From Gemmatimonadales bacterium (lineage in GTDB: Bacteria > Gemmatimonadota > Gemmatimonadetes > Gemmatimonadales > GWC2-71-9): DNA of 21,319 nt. Position 1 is the stretch's first letter. Each line of letters begins with the position of its first letter. The translations under genes were made by a program, and so were the position numbers. A model generated the notes under the pieces. The model ran no database searches. It saw nothing but the letters and a program-made list of their open reading frames with translations, and had not been told where the DNA came from. The DNA is taken from the NCBI GenBank assembly GCA_039794085.1, contig JBDIWC010000057.1, positions 1 to 21,319 on the forward strand. Reading direction: 5' to 3'. Positions 6,552-15,640 of this stretch are shown here, in pieces.

Positions 6552-9137
6552 GTGTCCGAGATGCTCGATCGATTGCAGTCCTGTCTGGCCGATCGCTACG
6601 CCATCGCGCGCGAGCTTGGCCGGGGGGGAATGGCAACCGTTTTTCTGGCCAAGGATGTCAAGCACGATCGGGATGTCGCCATCAAGGTGCTGCATCCCGA
6701 ACTGGCCACGAGCATCGGCGCCGACCGGTTCGAGCGTGAAATCCGGCTCGCCGCCCGTCTCCAGCATCCTCACATCCTCGGCATGTACGATTCGGGGGAG
6801 GCCGACGGGCTGCTCTACTACGTCATGCCCTTTGTGGAGGGTGAGTCGCTGCGGGACCGGATCGACCGGGAGGGGCAACTGCCGGTGGAGGAGGCGGTCC
6901 AGATCGCCCTCGAAGTGGCCGATGCCCTCGGACATGCCCACGTCCAGAACGTGGTGCACCGCGACATCAAGCCCGAGAACATCCTGCTTGCCAACGGGCA
7001 CGCGCTCGTGGCCGATTTCGGCATCGCCCGCGCGGCCACGGAAGGCACCCAGAAGCTCACCCAGACCGGAATGTCGGTCGGGACCCCTCTCTACATGGCT
7101 CCCGAACAGGCGATGGGGGAGCCCGCCGGCCCCACCGCCGACCTCTACAGCCTCGGCTGTGTCCTCTACGAGATGCTCGCCGGCGATCCCCCCTTCACGG
7201 GCAAGAACGCCCAGGCCATCCTCGCCCGGCACGCCATGGAGGTGGTGCCGAGCATCAGCATCGTCCGCGCCAGCGTGCCCGACGAGGTCGAGGAGGCCAT
7301 CCACGCCGCACTTGGCAAGCTACCCGCAGATAGGCCCCAGTCTGCGGCGCGCTTCGCGGAGATCCTCGGGGTTCCCATGGGGGCCACCGCCACCCGCCGC
7401 GTCGCCATGCGCACCACGGCGATGCGCCGGGTGCCGACCAGCCCGGGCATGCGCCAGGGGGCCCTGGTCACCCCCTGGTGGCGCCGTCCCCTGGTGGTGG
7501 TGCCGGCCGGTGCCCTGCTCGTGGCGGGCGCATTCGCGGCATGGCGCGTCGGGGGGGGGACCCCCGCGGTCCAGGCGGCCGGAGCAGGAGGGCTCGATCC
7601 TCACCGGGTGGCCGTGCTCTACTTTGCCGACGAGAGCAGGGACGGAACCCTCGGTTACCTCGCTGACGGTCTCACCGAGGGGCTCATCACGTCGCTCCGC
7701 CAGGTCGACGGCCTCGCCGCGGTCATCTCCCGGAGCGGCGTCGAACCGTATCGGGGCACTGCCATCTCCGACGACAGCGTGGCCCGGGCGCTCGAGGTAG
7801 GGATCCTCGTCAAGGGCGATGTCGAACGCGACGGAGACCAGATCAAGATCAACCTCCAGCTGGTGGACGGAGCCAGCGGCAGCACCATCGAGCGGGCCTC
7901 CTTCCGCCAAGGCACCGGTGGGGAACTCGGGGCCCGGGACTCCCTGGTGCAACTCGCCACCTCCCTGATCCGCACCCGCCTGGGCGAGGAAATCCGGCTT
8001 CGGTCCCGCCGCGCCGGCACCACGAACGTCGAGGCCTGGTCCCAGTTGCAGCGAGCCGAACAGGTGAGAAAGAGGGGAGAAGCCGCGGCCGGCGCGGGTG
8101 ATCTCGAGGCGATGGGCCAGCTCTTCTCCCAGGCCGATTCGCTCCTCGCCGAGGTGGAGCGCCTGGATCCCTCCTGGGCGGAGCCGGCTGTCCTCCGCGG
8201 CCTGATCGCGTACCAGCGTTCCCGGCTGGCCAGCCGGGATCCTTTCGTCATCAAGGGGTGGATCGATCAGGGACGAGCTCATGCCGACCGGGCTCTGGCC
8301 CTCGACCCCAACGATCCGGCCGCGCTCGAAGTTCGGGGGAACCTCCGGTACTGGGGATGGCTGGTCCGGATCGATCCGGAGCCCCGCGCCTTGGCGGCCA
8401 CGCTCGACTCGGCGCAGCGGGATCTCGAGCGGGCCACGGCGCTCAATCGGTCCCAGGCCGGCGCCTGGGCCACCCTCTCCCATCTCTACTACCAGGTCGA
8501 CGGCAAGACCCCCCTCGACGTGCGCGACGCCGCCCGGGCAGCACTCCAGGCCGACGCATTCCTCTCCAACGCCGACGTGGTCCTCAATCGGCTCTTTCTG
8601 GCATCCTACGACCTCGGCTTTTTCCCCGACGCCGATTCCTGGTGCGCAGAGCTTCGACAGCGATTCCCGGACAATCTCACCGCCCCCCGGTGCGAGCTCT
8701 ACCTCCACACCACGACCGCCCGCACTCCGCCGGACCTCGACCGGGTCTGGGCCGTGGCCGATTCAGTGGTGGCCAAGTCCCCCGAGCAGCGGCGTCCTTA
8801 CCAGCAGCTCAGCGCGAACATGCTCGCTGCGGCCGCCATTGCCCGGGCCAGCCAGGAGGCCTCGGATCCGGAGCGCAGGAAGGCACTCGCCGACAGTGCC
8901 CGGAGAGTCCGCGACCGGTCCCAGGGCGATGCCATCTCCGACCCCACCCGCGAACTCCTCTTCAGCAGCGCCTTCGTCTCCACTCTCCTCGGCGACAAGG
9001 ATCAGGCGTTCGAGGCACTCCGGACCTACCTCGCGGCCAACGAGCAGCGTCGCCAGTCCCTGGTCAAGGATCCCGGCTGGTGGTTCACCCCCCTGGTGTC
9101 GGACCCCCGCTGGGGCCGGTTCATCGCAGGACTGTAG
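6552..9137 (+). CDS. Hanks-type Ser/Thr protein kinase with TM segment, TolB-N/FlgO-like domain and TPR-like helical repeats
   Basis: GRGGMA, VAIK, HRDIKPEN, DFG, YMAPE motifs; hydrophobic 'PLVVVPAGALLVAGAFAAW'; 'RVAVLYFADES...YLADGLTEGLI'. GTG start with GAGGAG RBS. Confidence 0.95.
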   Translation: MSEMLDRLQSCLADRYAIARELGRGGMATVFLAKDVKHDRDVAIKVLHPELATSIGADRFEREIRLAARLQHPHILGMYDSGEADGLLYYVMPFVEGESLRDRIDREGQLPVEEAVQIALEVADALGHAHVQNVVHRDIKPENILLANGHALVADFGIARAATEGTQKLTQTGMSVGTPLYMAPEQAMGEPAGPTADLYSLGCVLYEMLAGDPPFTGKNAQAILARHAMEVVPSISIVRASVPDEVEEAIHAALGKLPADRPQSAARFAEILGVPMGATATRRVAMRTTAMRRVPTSPGMRQGALVTPWWRRPLVVVPAGALLVAGAFAAWRVGGGTPAVQAAGAGGLDPHRVAVLYFADESRDGTLGYLADGLTEGLITSLRQVDGLAAVISRSGVEPYRGTAISDDSVARALEVGILVKGDVERDGDQIKINLQLVDGASGSTIERASFRQGTGGELGARDSLVQLATSLIRTRLGEEIRLRSRRAGTTNVEAWSQLQRAEQVRKRGEAAAGAGDLEAMGQLFSQADSLLAEVERLDPSWAEPAVLRGLIAYQRSRLASRDPFVIKGWIDQGRAHADRALALDPNDPAALEVRGNLRYWGWLVRIDPEPRALAATLDSAQRDLERATALNRSQAGAWATLSHLYYQVDGKTPLDVRDAARAALQADAFLSNADVVLNRLFLASYDLGFFPDADSWCAELRQRFPDNLTAPRCELYLHTTTARTPPDLDRVWAVADSVVAKSPEQRRPYQQLSANMLAAAAIARASQEASDPERRKALADSARRVRDRSQGDAISDPTRELLFSSAFVSTLLGDKDQAFEALRTYLAANEQRRQSLVKDPGWWFTPLVSDPRWGRFIAGL

Positions 9138-9161
9138 GGACCGTTCGCGAACGGCCCGTAC
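9134..9161 (+). repeat. GTAG-type REP palindrome overlapping the kinase stop codon
   Basis: GTAGGGACCGTTCGCGAACGGCCCGTAC, same family as 2377-2406. Confidence 0.8.
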
Positions 9162-9178
9162 ACCGTGCTGATCTCGTC

Positions 9179-9248
9179 AAAAAATAAAGAAAACTTAACC
9201 ATTCTTGCACAATTCCTTTACAGTCAGTAAATTGACAATCAGTTGACA
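9179..9248 (+). promoter_or_regulatory. AT-rich promoter of the lipoprotein gene
   Basis: A-rich UP-like tract, TTGCAC (9205-9210), 17 bp, TAAATT (9228-9233); TTGACA repeated at 9232 and 9243. Confidence 0.55.
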
Positions 9249-9323
9249 TGCCCGGCCAGGTGATGACCCGAAGCACCCCGGTCGGGCCTTTCTGCACCCT
9301 GTAAACCCAATACTGGAGACGCA

Positions 9324-11900
9324 ATGCGCCGATCGACACTCCTCGCCGGCCTGCTGGCCACGACGCTCCTCGCTGCCTGCGGCGATTCGCTCCAGTCTCC
9401 CAATGCCCCGGAACCCCCGGGGCTCGCGGGCCAGCTTCCCCAGGCGTCCCCGGCGATCTGCCTGACAGAGACCCAGATTCTCGCCCTGATCGACGACGTC
9501 TTCGCCGACGGATCCCCGGATGAGAATGCGGCGATCGGCAAGTTCAACAACATCGCCTTCCACATGTCCCGGGGTGAGGACGCCACGGCGCAGGACAAGG
9601 TCTACGACCTGGTGGACTTTCTTCTGAAGAAATATCGGGACGGGGCGCTGGCCCAGTCCGATCCCGCGAAGCTCGTCGAGCTGATCAATGGGCTCTTCTG
9701 CTTCGTCGGGCTCGACATCACGATCACCAACCTGGACTTCTTCATACTCTTCCCTTCTGACGACGTGGTCACGTTCGTCACGGGAGACGGGAATGCCGGG
9801 GCACAGTTCCCGCCGTCGGTCGTCTCGGTGCCCACCGTGGTGACGGTCACCCAGTTGCCGGTGGATCCGAATACGCCCTCTCCCCTGATCACCAAGCTCG
9901 ACCAGTATCCCTTCTTCTACAGCTTCCAGAAGTTCCCTGATCTGCCGTTCACCTTGGAACAGGGAGAGAAACTGGTTGTCGGCATCTGCCCCGGTCCCGG
10001 CGCGACCGATCCCGATTTACTGTCCCGTCTGGTTCTCGGGCATCAGCAGCTGCCCGGTGACGCCTCGGCCTTCGAACTGCTGCCCAAGGTTGATGTCCCA
10101 TTCCTGACCTGCCCCGACCCGCAACCGGCGCCGGCCTCCAGCGCTCTGGGTCGGCTGGTCCAGCGGGTGACCGCGTGGTTCAGCCCCGAGCCGCTGCACG
10201 CTCGCGCCTTCTTCGTGGGCGGCGTGGGTGGGACGGCGGGGGAGTTCAGCCCCTTTGGTCCCATCGATCCCGAGCTGACCGCGCTGGGCGGAGTCGGCGG
10301 AACCGCGGGTGAGTTCGCGCCGGGAGCGGAATTTGTGACCCCTGCCGGAACGGGTTGTCTCCCCGGTGGCCTGGTCGAGGCCCCGGTGGGATCGCCGGTG
10401 GAGGCCGGATGCCGGCCCGAAGTGACGGTGCGCACCGCCCAGGGCACCCTCCTCGAGAACGTGCCGGTCTCATTCGCCGTGGAGACAGGTGGCGGCTCCG
10501 TGGCGGTGGAGGGGCCCGCCCCGGCACAGGCCTGCGGAGCATTCGCCGCATCCGCGCTCGCGTCGACGTCGGTTGCCGGCATGGCGCGGGCCTGCTGGAC
10601 CCTGGGAACCACCGCTGGAAGCAACACGGTGGTGGCCACGGCCCAGAACGGCGGAGACGCCATTCCCGGCACCAACTTCATCTACAACGGCGACCCCACG
10701 TCCACCGGGGGAATTCGCTTCTCGGCCACGGCCAATCCTCCGGCCCGGCTCGCCTTCACCACCGAGCCCGCGGCCGGTTCACAGGTCGTCGCCGGGACCA
10801 CCATCCCCCTCGTGGTCGAGGTCCAGGATCGCAACGGGGTCCGGGTGCGGATCGCCACCGAGCAGGTGGATCTTTCCCTCAATCAGAACTCCTTCGCGGC
10901 GGGGTCGGTGACCTCGATGGCCGCGGTGGCCGGCATTGCCACGTTCTCCGGTCTCTCGATCGAGACGGCGGCACCAGGGTACGTGATCACCGCCGCGGCC
11001 ACCCTGGACGGGATTCCGGAAAGCACCGACGGGAATCTGTTTGACGTGGTTCCCGCCCCCTGGTCCTTGATCACGAAGGTGGCGGGAGAGGGACAATCGG
11101 TCCTGTCCGGCCAGGTCGTCCCGATCGCTCCCAAGGTCCGGGTGACCGACCCGTTCGGCAATCCGACGCCTGGGGCCCCGGTCCATTGGCAGGCGGGTGG
11201 GTCCTCGGGCAGCGTGGTGACTCCGGCCCAGACCACAACCGGGAGCGACGGCACCACGGCGGTGACGTCGTGGCTGCTGGGGGACGGGCTCAACGAGCTG
11301 CAGGCCACGCTCGACGTGTCCCCGGTTAACGGCCCCGACCTGGGTGACCCATCCGTGCTCTTCACCGCCACGGGAGTCACGACTCTCTCCACCCTGAACT
11401 CCTGTGATCCGGGTGGCGCCAAGGATGACCTGACCCGGTTTGCCTTCTGGACCCCGGGGTCCAACAAGACCATCAAGACGGTGCAGCTCTACCTCTCCGC
11501 GACCGGCGCGGCCAACCGCGAAACGCCGTATACCATCTCCCTCATCGCGCGACGGGGGAGCTTCGATCCCGCAGGAACTGACGTCCACGTTGCCACCACG
11601 ACGGCACTGCTGCGGGGGGACAACGGAAGCAGCAACCTGGAATCGAAGTTGACCACCTTCACCTTCGACACCCCGATCGCCCCGGTGCAGGGCAAGCAGG
11701 AGCCGATCACCTACGAGCTTCGGGTGGACAACAACCCCGATGGACGGACGCTCAATTTCAACGCGGGCACCTGCGCCCCGGGGAGCACCAAGTGCAAGGT
11801 TCCGCCGTCCTGTGCCGTGACCGAGGTGAGCAGCACCATGCCCTTCCCGCTCGGAACGACATTCCGTCAGAGCGTGGGGCTGATCATCAAGGGGTTCTAG
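9324..11900 (+). CDS. Large surface lipoprotein with bacterial Ig-like (Big_1/invasin-type) domains
   Basis: Lipobox LLAA-C; Ig-like motifs 'VTVRTAQG...VPVSFAV', 'WTLGTTAGSNTVVA', 'VRVTDPFGNP..GAPVHW', 'WLLGDGLNELQA'; GGAG RBS. Confidence 0.85.
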   Translation: MRRSTLLAGLLATTLLAACGDSLQSPNAPEPPGLAGQLPQASPAICLTETQILALIDDVFADGSPDENAAIGKFNNIAFHMSRGEDATAQDKVYDLVDFLLKKYRDGALAQSDPAKLVELINGLFCFVGLDITITNLDFFILFPSDDVVTFVTGDGNAGAQFPPSVVSVPTVVTVTQLPVDPNTPSPLITKLDQYPFFYSFQKFPDLPFTLEQGEKLVVGICPGPGATDPDLLSRLVLGHQQLPGDASAFELLPKVDVPFLTCPDPQPAPASSALGRLVQRVTAWFSPEPLHARAFFVGGVGGTAGEFSPFGPIDPELTALGGVGGTAGEFAPGAEFVTPAGTGCLPGGLVEAPVGSPVEAGCRPEVTVRTAQGTLLENVPVSFAVETGGGSVAVEGPAPAQACGAFAASALASTSVAGMARACWTLGTTAGSNTVVATAQNGGDAIPGTNFIYNGDPTSTGGIRFSATANPPARLAFTTEPAAGSQVVAGTTIPLVVEVQDRNGVRVRIATEQVDLSLNQNSFAAGSVTSMAAVAGIATFSGLSIETAAPGYVITAAATLDGIPESTDGNLFDVVPAPWSLITKVAGEGQSVLSGQVVPIAPKVRVTDPFGNPTPGAPVHWQAGGSSGSVVTPAQTTTGSDGTTAVTSWLLGDGLNELQATLDVSPVNGPDLGDPSVLFTATGVTTLSTLNSCDPGGAKDDLTRFAFWTPGSNKTIKTVQLYLSATGAANRETPYTISLIARRGSFDPAGTDVHVATTTALLRGDNGSSNLESKLTTFTFDTPIAPVQGKQEPITYELRVDNNPDGRTLNFNAGTCAPGSTKCKVPPSCAVTEVSSTMPFPLGTTFRQSVGLIIKGF

Positions 11901-11916
11901 GTGGTGGGGCTGGATT

Positions 11917-12011
11917 CTGGGTGATGGGGACTGGGTACTGGGTACTGGATATAATGTCCTATGTCCTATTATGTCCTAATGTCCTATGTCCTGGGCATTG
12001 GGGACTGGGGG
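11917..12011. repeat. Two adjoining heptamer tandem arrays between convergent genes
   Basis: (CTGGGTA-like)x5 at 11917-11951, (ATGTCCT)x5 at 11954-11992, then GGGCATT GGGGACT GGGGG. Confidence 0.85.
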
Positions 12012-12012
12012 C

Positions 12013-12573
12013 CTAGCGTTTCGCCGGAGTCATGACGGCCGCGAGTTCCGAGGCCATCTGCTCGAACTCCGCCCGCGTCGCCGCGTCGTCGAAACGCGCG
12101 GCGGGCGGGTCGTCGTCGCCCGGCATCAGGGAGGTGACGAGGGCGTCGGTGTAGCCCACCACCGCCATCGTGACCCCCTGGTCCACGATCCGGTTGAGCC
12201 GGAGAAAGAGCGCCATCCCCTGCCGGGGGCGCATGGCCGCAATGGCGGGTGCCAGGTAGCGGATGAGCAGCTCCCGCAGGTACTGCATCTCCTCCACGAC
12301 TTCGCCCGCGGCGAGCCCCCGGGTGGCCGCAAGCCGCCCGTAGTGCTCGGTCACCCGCCGCCAGAGCGGGCGCACCTCCCGCCGCATCGGCCCCACCATC
12401 GCATGCAGAACATCCACGATGAGCGAGAGCTGGTGTTCCAGGAATTCCGGAGGAATGGCCCGGGATCCGGTGGATCGCTCGGCGAGCCAACCGGACCATC
12501 GCTTCAGCATGGTATCCCGCTGGGCGGTGATGGCACGGGCGGCGGCGACGAGCGTGGGGTGCGTGGCGCGCAC
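12013..12573 (-). CDS. Helical protein, RsbRD-N/non-heme globin-like sensor domain
   Basis: 'TMLKRW', 'EHYGRLAATRGLAAGEVVEEMQYLRELL', 'LNRIVDQGVTMAVVGY' resemble RsbRD_N-type globin folds. Confidence 0.6.
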   Translation of the reverse strand: MRATHPTLVAAARAITAQRDTMLKRWSGWLAERSTGSRAIPPEFLEHQLSLIVDVLHAMVGPMRREVRPLWRRVTEHYGRLAATRGLAAGEVVEEMQYLRELLIRYLAPAIAAMRPRQGMALFLRLNRIVDQGVTMAVVGYTDALVTSLMPGDDDPPAARFDDAATRAEFEQMASELAAVMTPAKR

Positions 12574-12621
12574 GGGGCTCCCTTGTCCAAGGTGGGGCGA
12601 CAGCGCGTAATTCTATCCTCA

Positions 12622-13599
12622 ATGACACGTCAAATGAAGGCCGGTTCCCGGCCCAGGCCCCTCAAACCCAAGAGCCGCATAGGGTTGGTGGCTCCTTCCG
12701 GGCCGCTCCTCGAGCCCGACGACCTCGCCCGCGCCCTCGAACTCTGCCTGGCGCTCGGTCTCGTCCCCGTGGCAGGTGCCCACGTGACCGATGCGCGGGG
12801 GTATCTGGCGGGCAGCGATGATGCCCGGGTCTCCGACCTCAACGCCGCGATTGCGGATCCCGGCCTCGATGCCATCTGGTGTCTTCGAGGCGGGTATGGT
12901 GTGACTCGTATTCTCGACCGCGTGAACTATGAGGCGCTGCGATCGCATCCCAAGATCGTCCTGGGCTACTCCGACATCACGGCGCTCCTCTTGGCCGTCC
13001 ACGCCCGAACCGGGCTCGTGACCTTCCATGGTCCCGTGGCTCGGCACGGCCTCACCGAGTTCAGCCGCCGGCATCTTGTCCGCATGATCTTCGATCCCCC
13101 CTGCGCCGGAGAACTTGCTCTGCCCGCGCCACCGGCCGGTGTGCTCGTGCCGAGGTCGCCCCGGGTCGTCACCGTGGTGGAGGGAGTGGCCGAGGGACCC
13201 CTCATCGGGGGGAACCTGTCGCTGCTCCACTGCCTCGTCGGTACCCCGTATCTCCCCTCCCTGGAGGGTGCCATTCTCTTCCTGGAGGATGTCGGAGAGG
13301 CGCTCTATGCCATCGACAGGATCCTGTCCCACCTTCGTCTCGCCGGGCTCCTCTCCGGCTTGGCCGGCGTGGCGATCGGACACTTCACCGATCTCCGCCG
13401 CACCGCGGCAGATGGTGCCCTGGGGCTGGAAACGGTCCTGCGTGACTATTTTCTTCCCTTGGGAATCCCTGTGATCCATGGGCTTCCGATCGGTCATCTC
13501 GATGACCAGTGGACCCTGCCGATCGGCTGCCGGGTGAGGCTCGACGCCGGTCACCGGTCCCTGACGCTGCTCGAACCGGCTGTCCAGCTTCCGGCCTGA
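12622..13599 (+). CDS. ldcA: LD-carboxypeptidase (peptidase S66)
   Basis: 'IGLVAPSGP', 'YLAGSDDAR', 'RGGYG', 'GYSDIT', 'GGNLS', 'FLEDVGE', 'PIGH'. Start at ATG 12622 or 12634, not 11986. Confidence 0.95.
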   Translation: MTRQMKAGSRPRPLKPKSRIGLVAPSGPLLEPDDLARALELCLALGLVPVAGAHVTDARGYLAGSDDARVSDLNAAIADPGLDAIWCLRGGYGVTRILDRVNYEALRSHPKIVLGYSDITALLLAVHARTGLVTFHGPVARHGLTEFSRRHLVRMIFDPPCAGELALPAPPAGVLVPRSPRVVTVVEGVAEGPLIGGNLSLLHCLVGTPYLPSLEGAILFLEDVGEALYAIDRILSHLRLAGLLSGLAGVAIGHFTDLRRTAADGALGLETVLRDYFLPLGIPVIHGLPIGHLDDQWTLPIGCRVRLDAGHRSLTLLEPAVQLPA

Positions 13600-13608
13600 G
13601 GATTGACG

Positions 13609-14445
13609 ATGGCAACGCCCCAGCTCACCAAGCACTCACTTCCCGGTCGTCTCGGCCCCATCCTGGTCGACGTGCGGGCGAGTCCCCACGAGGAGCCGCG
13701 GCCCGCGGTGCTCATCCTGCACGGATTCAAGGGCTTCAAGGACTGGGGGATGTTCCCCCCCTTCGCCGAACGGCTGGCCCGCGCCGGCTTCACCGCGGTG
13801 TCCTTCAATGTGAGCGGAAGCGGGGTGGATGACGCGGGAGAGGGGGCCTGGCCCGAGCTCTTTGGACGGAACACTTTCAGCGCCGAGCTGGACGATCTCG
13901 ACACCGTGCTCGGCGCGCTCGACGCCGGGCGGCTCGGCGTCCCTCGCCCCTCCACGGTCGGTCTGGTGGGGCACAGCCGGGGAGGAGGTGTGAGCATTCT
14001 CGCGGCACACCGGACGCCCCGCATCGCCGCCCTGGTGACCTGGTCCGCCGTTTCCACGCTCGATCGATGGGGCCCTCACCTCAAGGAACAGTGGCGCCGG
14101 GACGGGGTGCTCACCATCGAGAACGCGCGCACCGGGCAGAAGCTCCCGATGTACACCGACGTGCTGGACGAAGTGGAGGCCCGCGCCGATACCGACCTCT
14201 CCATCACGGCCGCCGCGCGGGTGATCGAGGCCCCGTGGCTGGTCATCCACGGCGAGGCCGACGAAACTGTCCCGGTCCGGGAGGCCACCGCCCTCATCGA
14301 GGCGAGCGGGGGACGGGCCGAACTCCTCATCATCCCCCATACCGGCCACACCTTCGGGGCGGTCCATCCCTTCGCCGGCCGGACTCCCGCGCTCGAGCAA
14401 GTGTTCGACGCCTCCGCCGATTTTCTCATCCGCCACCTGTCCTGA
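13609..14445 (+). CDS. Alpha/beta hydrolase
   Basis: 'LHGFKGFKDWG', nucleophile GHSRGG, 'IHGEADETV', 'GHTF'; GAGGA RBS favours ATG 13609. Confidence 0.9.
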   Translation: MATPQLTKHSLPGRLGPILVDVRASPHEEPRPAVLILHGFKGFKDWGMFPPFAERLARAGFTAVSFNVSGSGVDDAGEGAWPELFGRNTFSAELDDLDTVLGALDAGRLGVPRPSTVGLVGHSRGGGVSILAAHRTPRIAALVTWSAVSTLDRWGPHLKEQWRRDGVLTIENARTGQKLPMYTDVLDEVEARADTDLSITAAARVIEAPWLVIHGEADETVPVREATALIEASGGRAELLIIPHTGHTFGAVHPFAGRTPALEQVFDASADFLIRHLS

Positions 14446-14464
14446 CCTCCACCCCGTCACGCTC

Positions 14465-14686
14465 ATGCCCCTTTTCGACTACCGGTGCACCGCCTGCAAC
14501 AACGAATTTGAGATCCTGGTCCGGGGCCGCCAGGCCGTGACCTGCCCCGCGTGCGGCGCCACCCGACCCGAGAAACTCCTCTCCGTGCCCGCACCCCATC
14601 GCTCCGGCACGCCGGTCCCCTCCTCCTGTGCCGCGCCCGTTCCCCCGGCCGGTGGATGCTGCGGTGGAGGATGCGGACTCAATTGA
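14465..14686 (+). CDS. FmdB-family zinc-ribbon protein
   Basis: 'MPLFDYRCTAC...FE...CPACG...KLLS' and C-terminal 'CCGGGCG'. Confidence 0.9.
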   Translation: MPLFDYRCTACNNEFEILVRGRQAVTCPACGATRPEKLLSVPAPHRSGTPVPSSCAAPVPPAGGCCGGGCGLN

Positions 14687-15306
14687 CCTGGGTGGACCGT
14701 CTCGCCCGGTGCCTGGAGGCCCAGGTGCCGCGCGAGGTCCACGACCCAGCTCGCGCACGGGCGGCGGTGGCGCTCATCGTCACCCCCGAGCATCCCGATG
14801 CGGTGCTCCTTCTGCGGCGCGCCGAGCATCCCCGCGATCCCTGGTCCGGGCAGATGGCGCTCCCCGGGGGGCGCTGGTCCCCCGGCGATGCCGACCTCCA
14901 GGCCACCGCCATCCGGGAGACCTTGGAGGAGCTTGATCTCGACCTCCGCGAGGCACCTTTCCTCGGCACCCTTGACGACCTGGCTCCCTCCACCCGCGTC
15001 CTCCCCGCCATCAGTGTCCGGCCCCACGTGTTTCTGCTCGAGGGACGGAAACCCCTGAGGCCCAACCGGGAGGTCTCCACCACGACCTGGACCCCGCTCA
15101 GCACCCTTCTCCATCCCGACACCCGGCGGCCCTATGTCTGGTCGCGGGAGGGGACTACGTTTACGACCCCGGGGTATTACCTGCCGGAGGGTGTGGTGTG
15201 GGGGATGACCGAACGGATTCTCACGCCATTTCTCGCCCTGCTGGACCCTCACCCCCTGGCCCACCCCCTGGCCCCCTCTCCCGCACGGCGGGAGAGGGGG
15301 AACTGA
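14683..15306 (+). CDS. Nudix hydrolase, CoA-pyrophosphatase (NudL-like)
   Basis: 'RAAVAL', 'WSGQMALPGG', 'TAIRETLEEL', 'VVWGMTERIL'. Start TTG 14683 (coupled) or ATG 14671. Confidence 0.9.
   Translation: MTWVDRLARCLEAQVPREVHDPARARAAVALIVTPEHPDAVLLLRRAEHPRDPWSGQMALPGGRWSPGDADLQATAIRETLEELDLDLREAPFLGTLDDLAPSTRVLPAISVRPHVFLLEGRKPLRPNREVSTTTWTPLSTLLHPDTRRPYVWSREGTTFTTPGYYLPEGVVWGMTERILTPFLALLDPHPLAHPLAPSPARRERGN
15247..15300 (+). repeat. Palindromic repeat element (CCCCCTCTCCCGC-ACG-GCGGGAGAGGGGG) inside the 3' end of the Nudix gene
   Basis: Perfect 13-bp stem 15272-15284/15288-15300, preceded by CACCCCCTGGCC x2. Confidence 0.7.
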
Positions 15307-15497
15307 TGCCCGAACAGTGAACTGGATTTCCGATACGATTTCCAGCGATGTTCGGTGAGCTATTGTGTGGAGGAGGCGGCGCTGACCTTCCTGCGGGCCC
15401 ACCAGTCGATGACGTCCATCACACTGCGACCTCCCTCCGCCGATAGGTTGATGAACCACCTGGTGCATGCCGGAGAGAGTGGCGACGGGTTTTTTTG

Positions 15498-15569
15498 ACC
15501 ACGAAACACACGAGATGACACGAAAAGTTGGAACTCGTCTTTTTCGTGCTTTTTCGCGCTTTTCGTGGT
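15498..15569. repeat. Inverted pair of short (CACGAAA-like)x3 arrays
   Basis: ACCACGAAACACACGAGATGACACGAAA ... TTTCGTGCTTTTTCGCGCTTTTCGTGGT. Confidence 0.7.
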
Positions 15570-15640
15570 TTCATAGGTCTCCAAACTGAAACTGAACATG
15601 AAGTGTGACCTCGCCCACAACCCCGGCGGGACTCGTTGGA

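Noticed and set aside
5140..7800. 886-aa plus-strand ORF and other long overlapping ORFs (778-1782, 7320-8708, 16692-18908, 17978-19483)
   Set aside because: Shadow or alternate-frame ORFs of real genes in high-GC DNA; Arg/Pro/Gly-rich with no recognisable motifs.
11986..12621. N-terminal 212 aa of the 537-aa ORF
   Set aside because: Antisense to the 12013-12573 gene; S66 similarity starts only after about 12622.
15361..15498. Short frame YCVEEAALTFLRAHQ... as a gene fragment
   Set aside because: No good start or RBS and too little similarity to assign.
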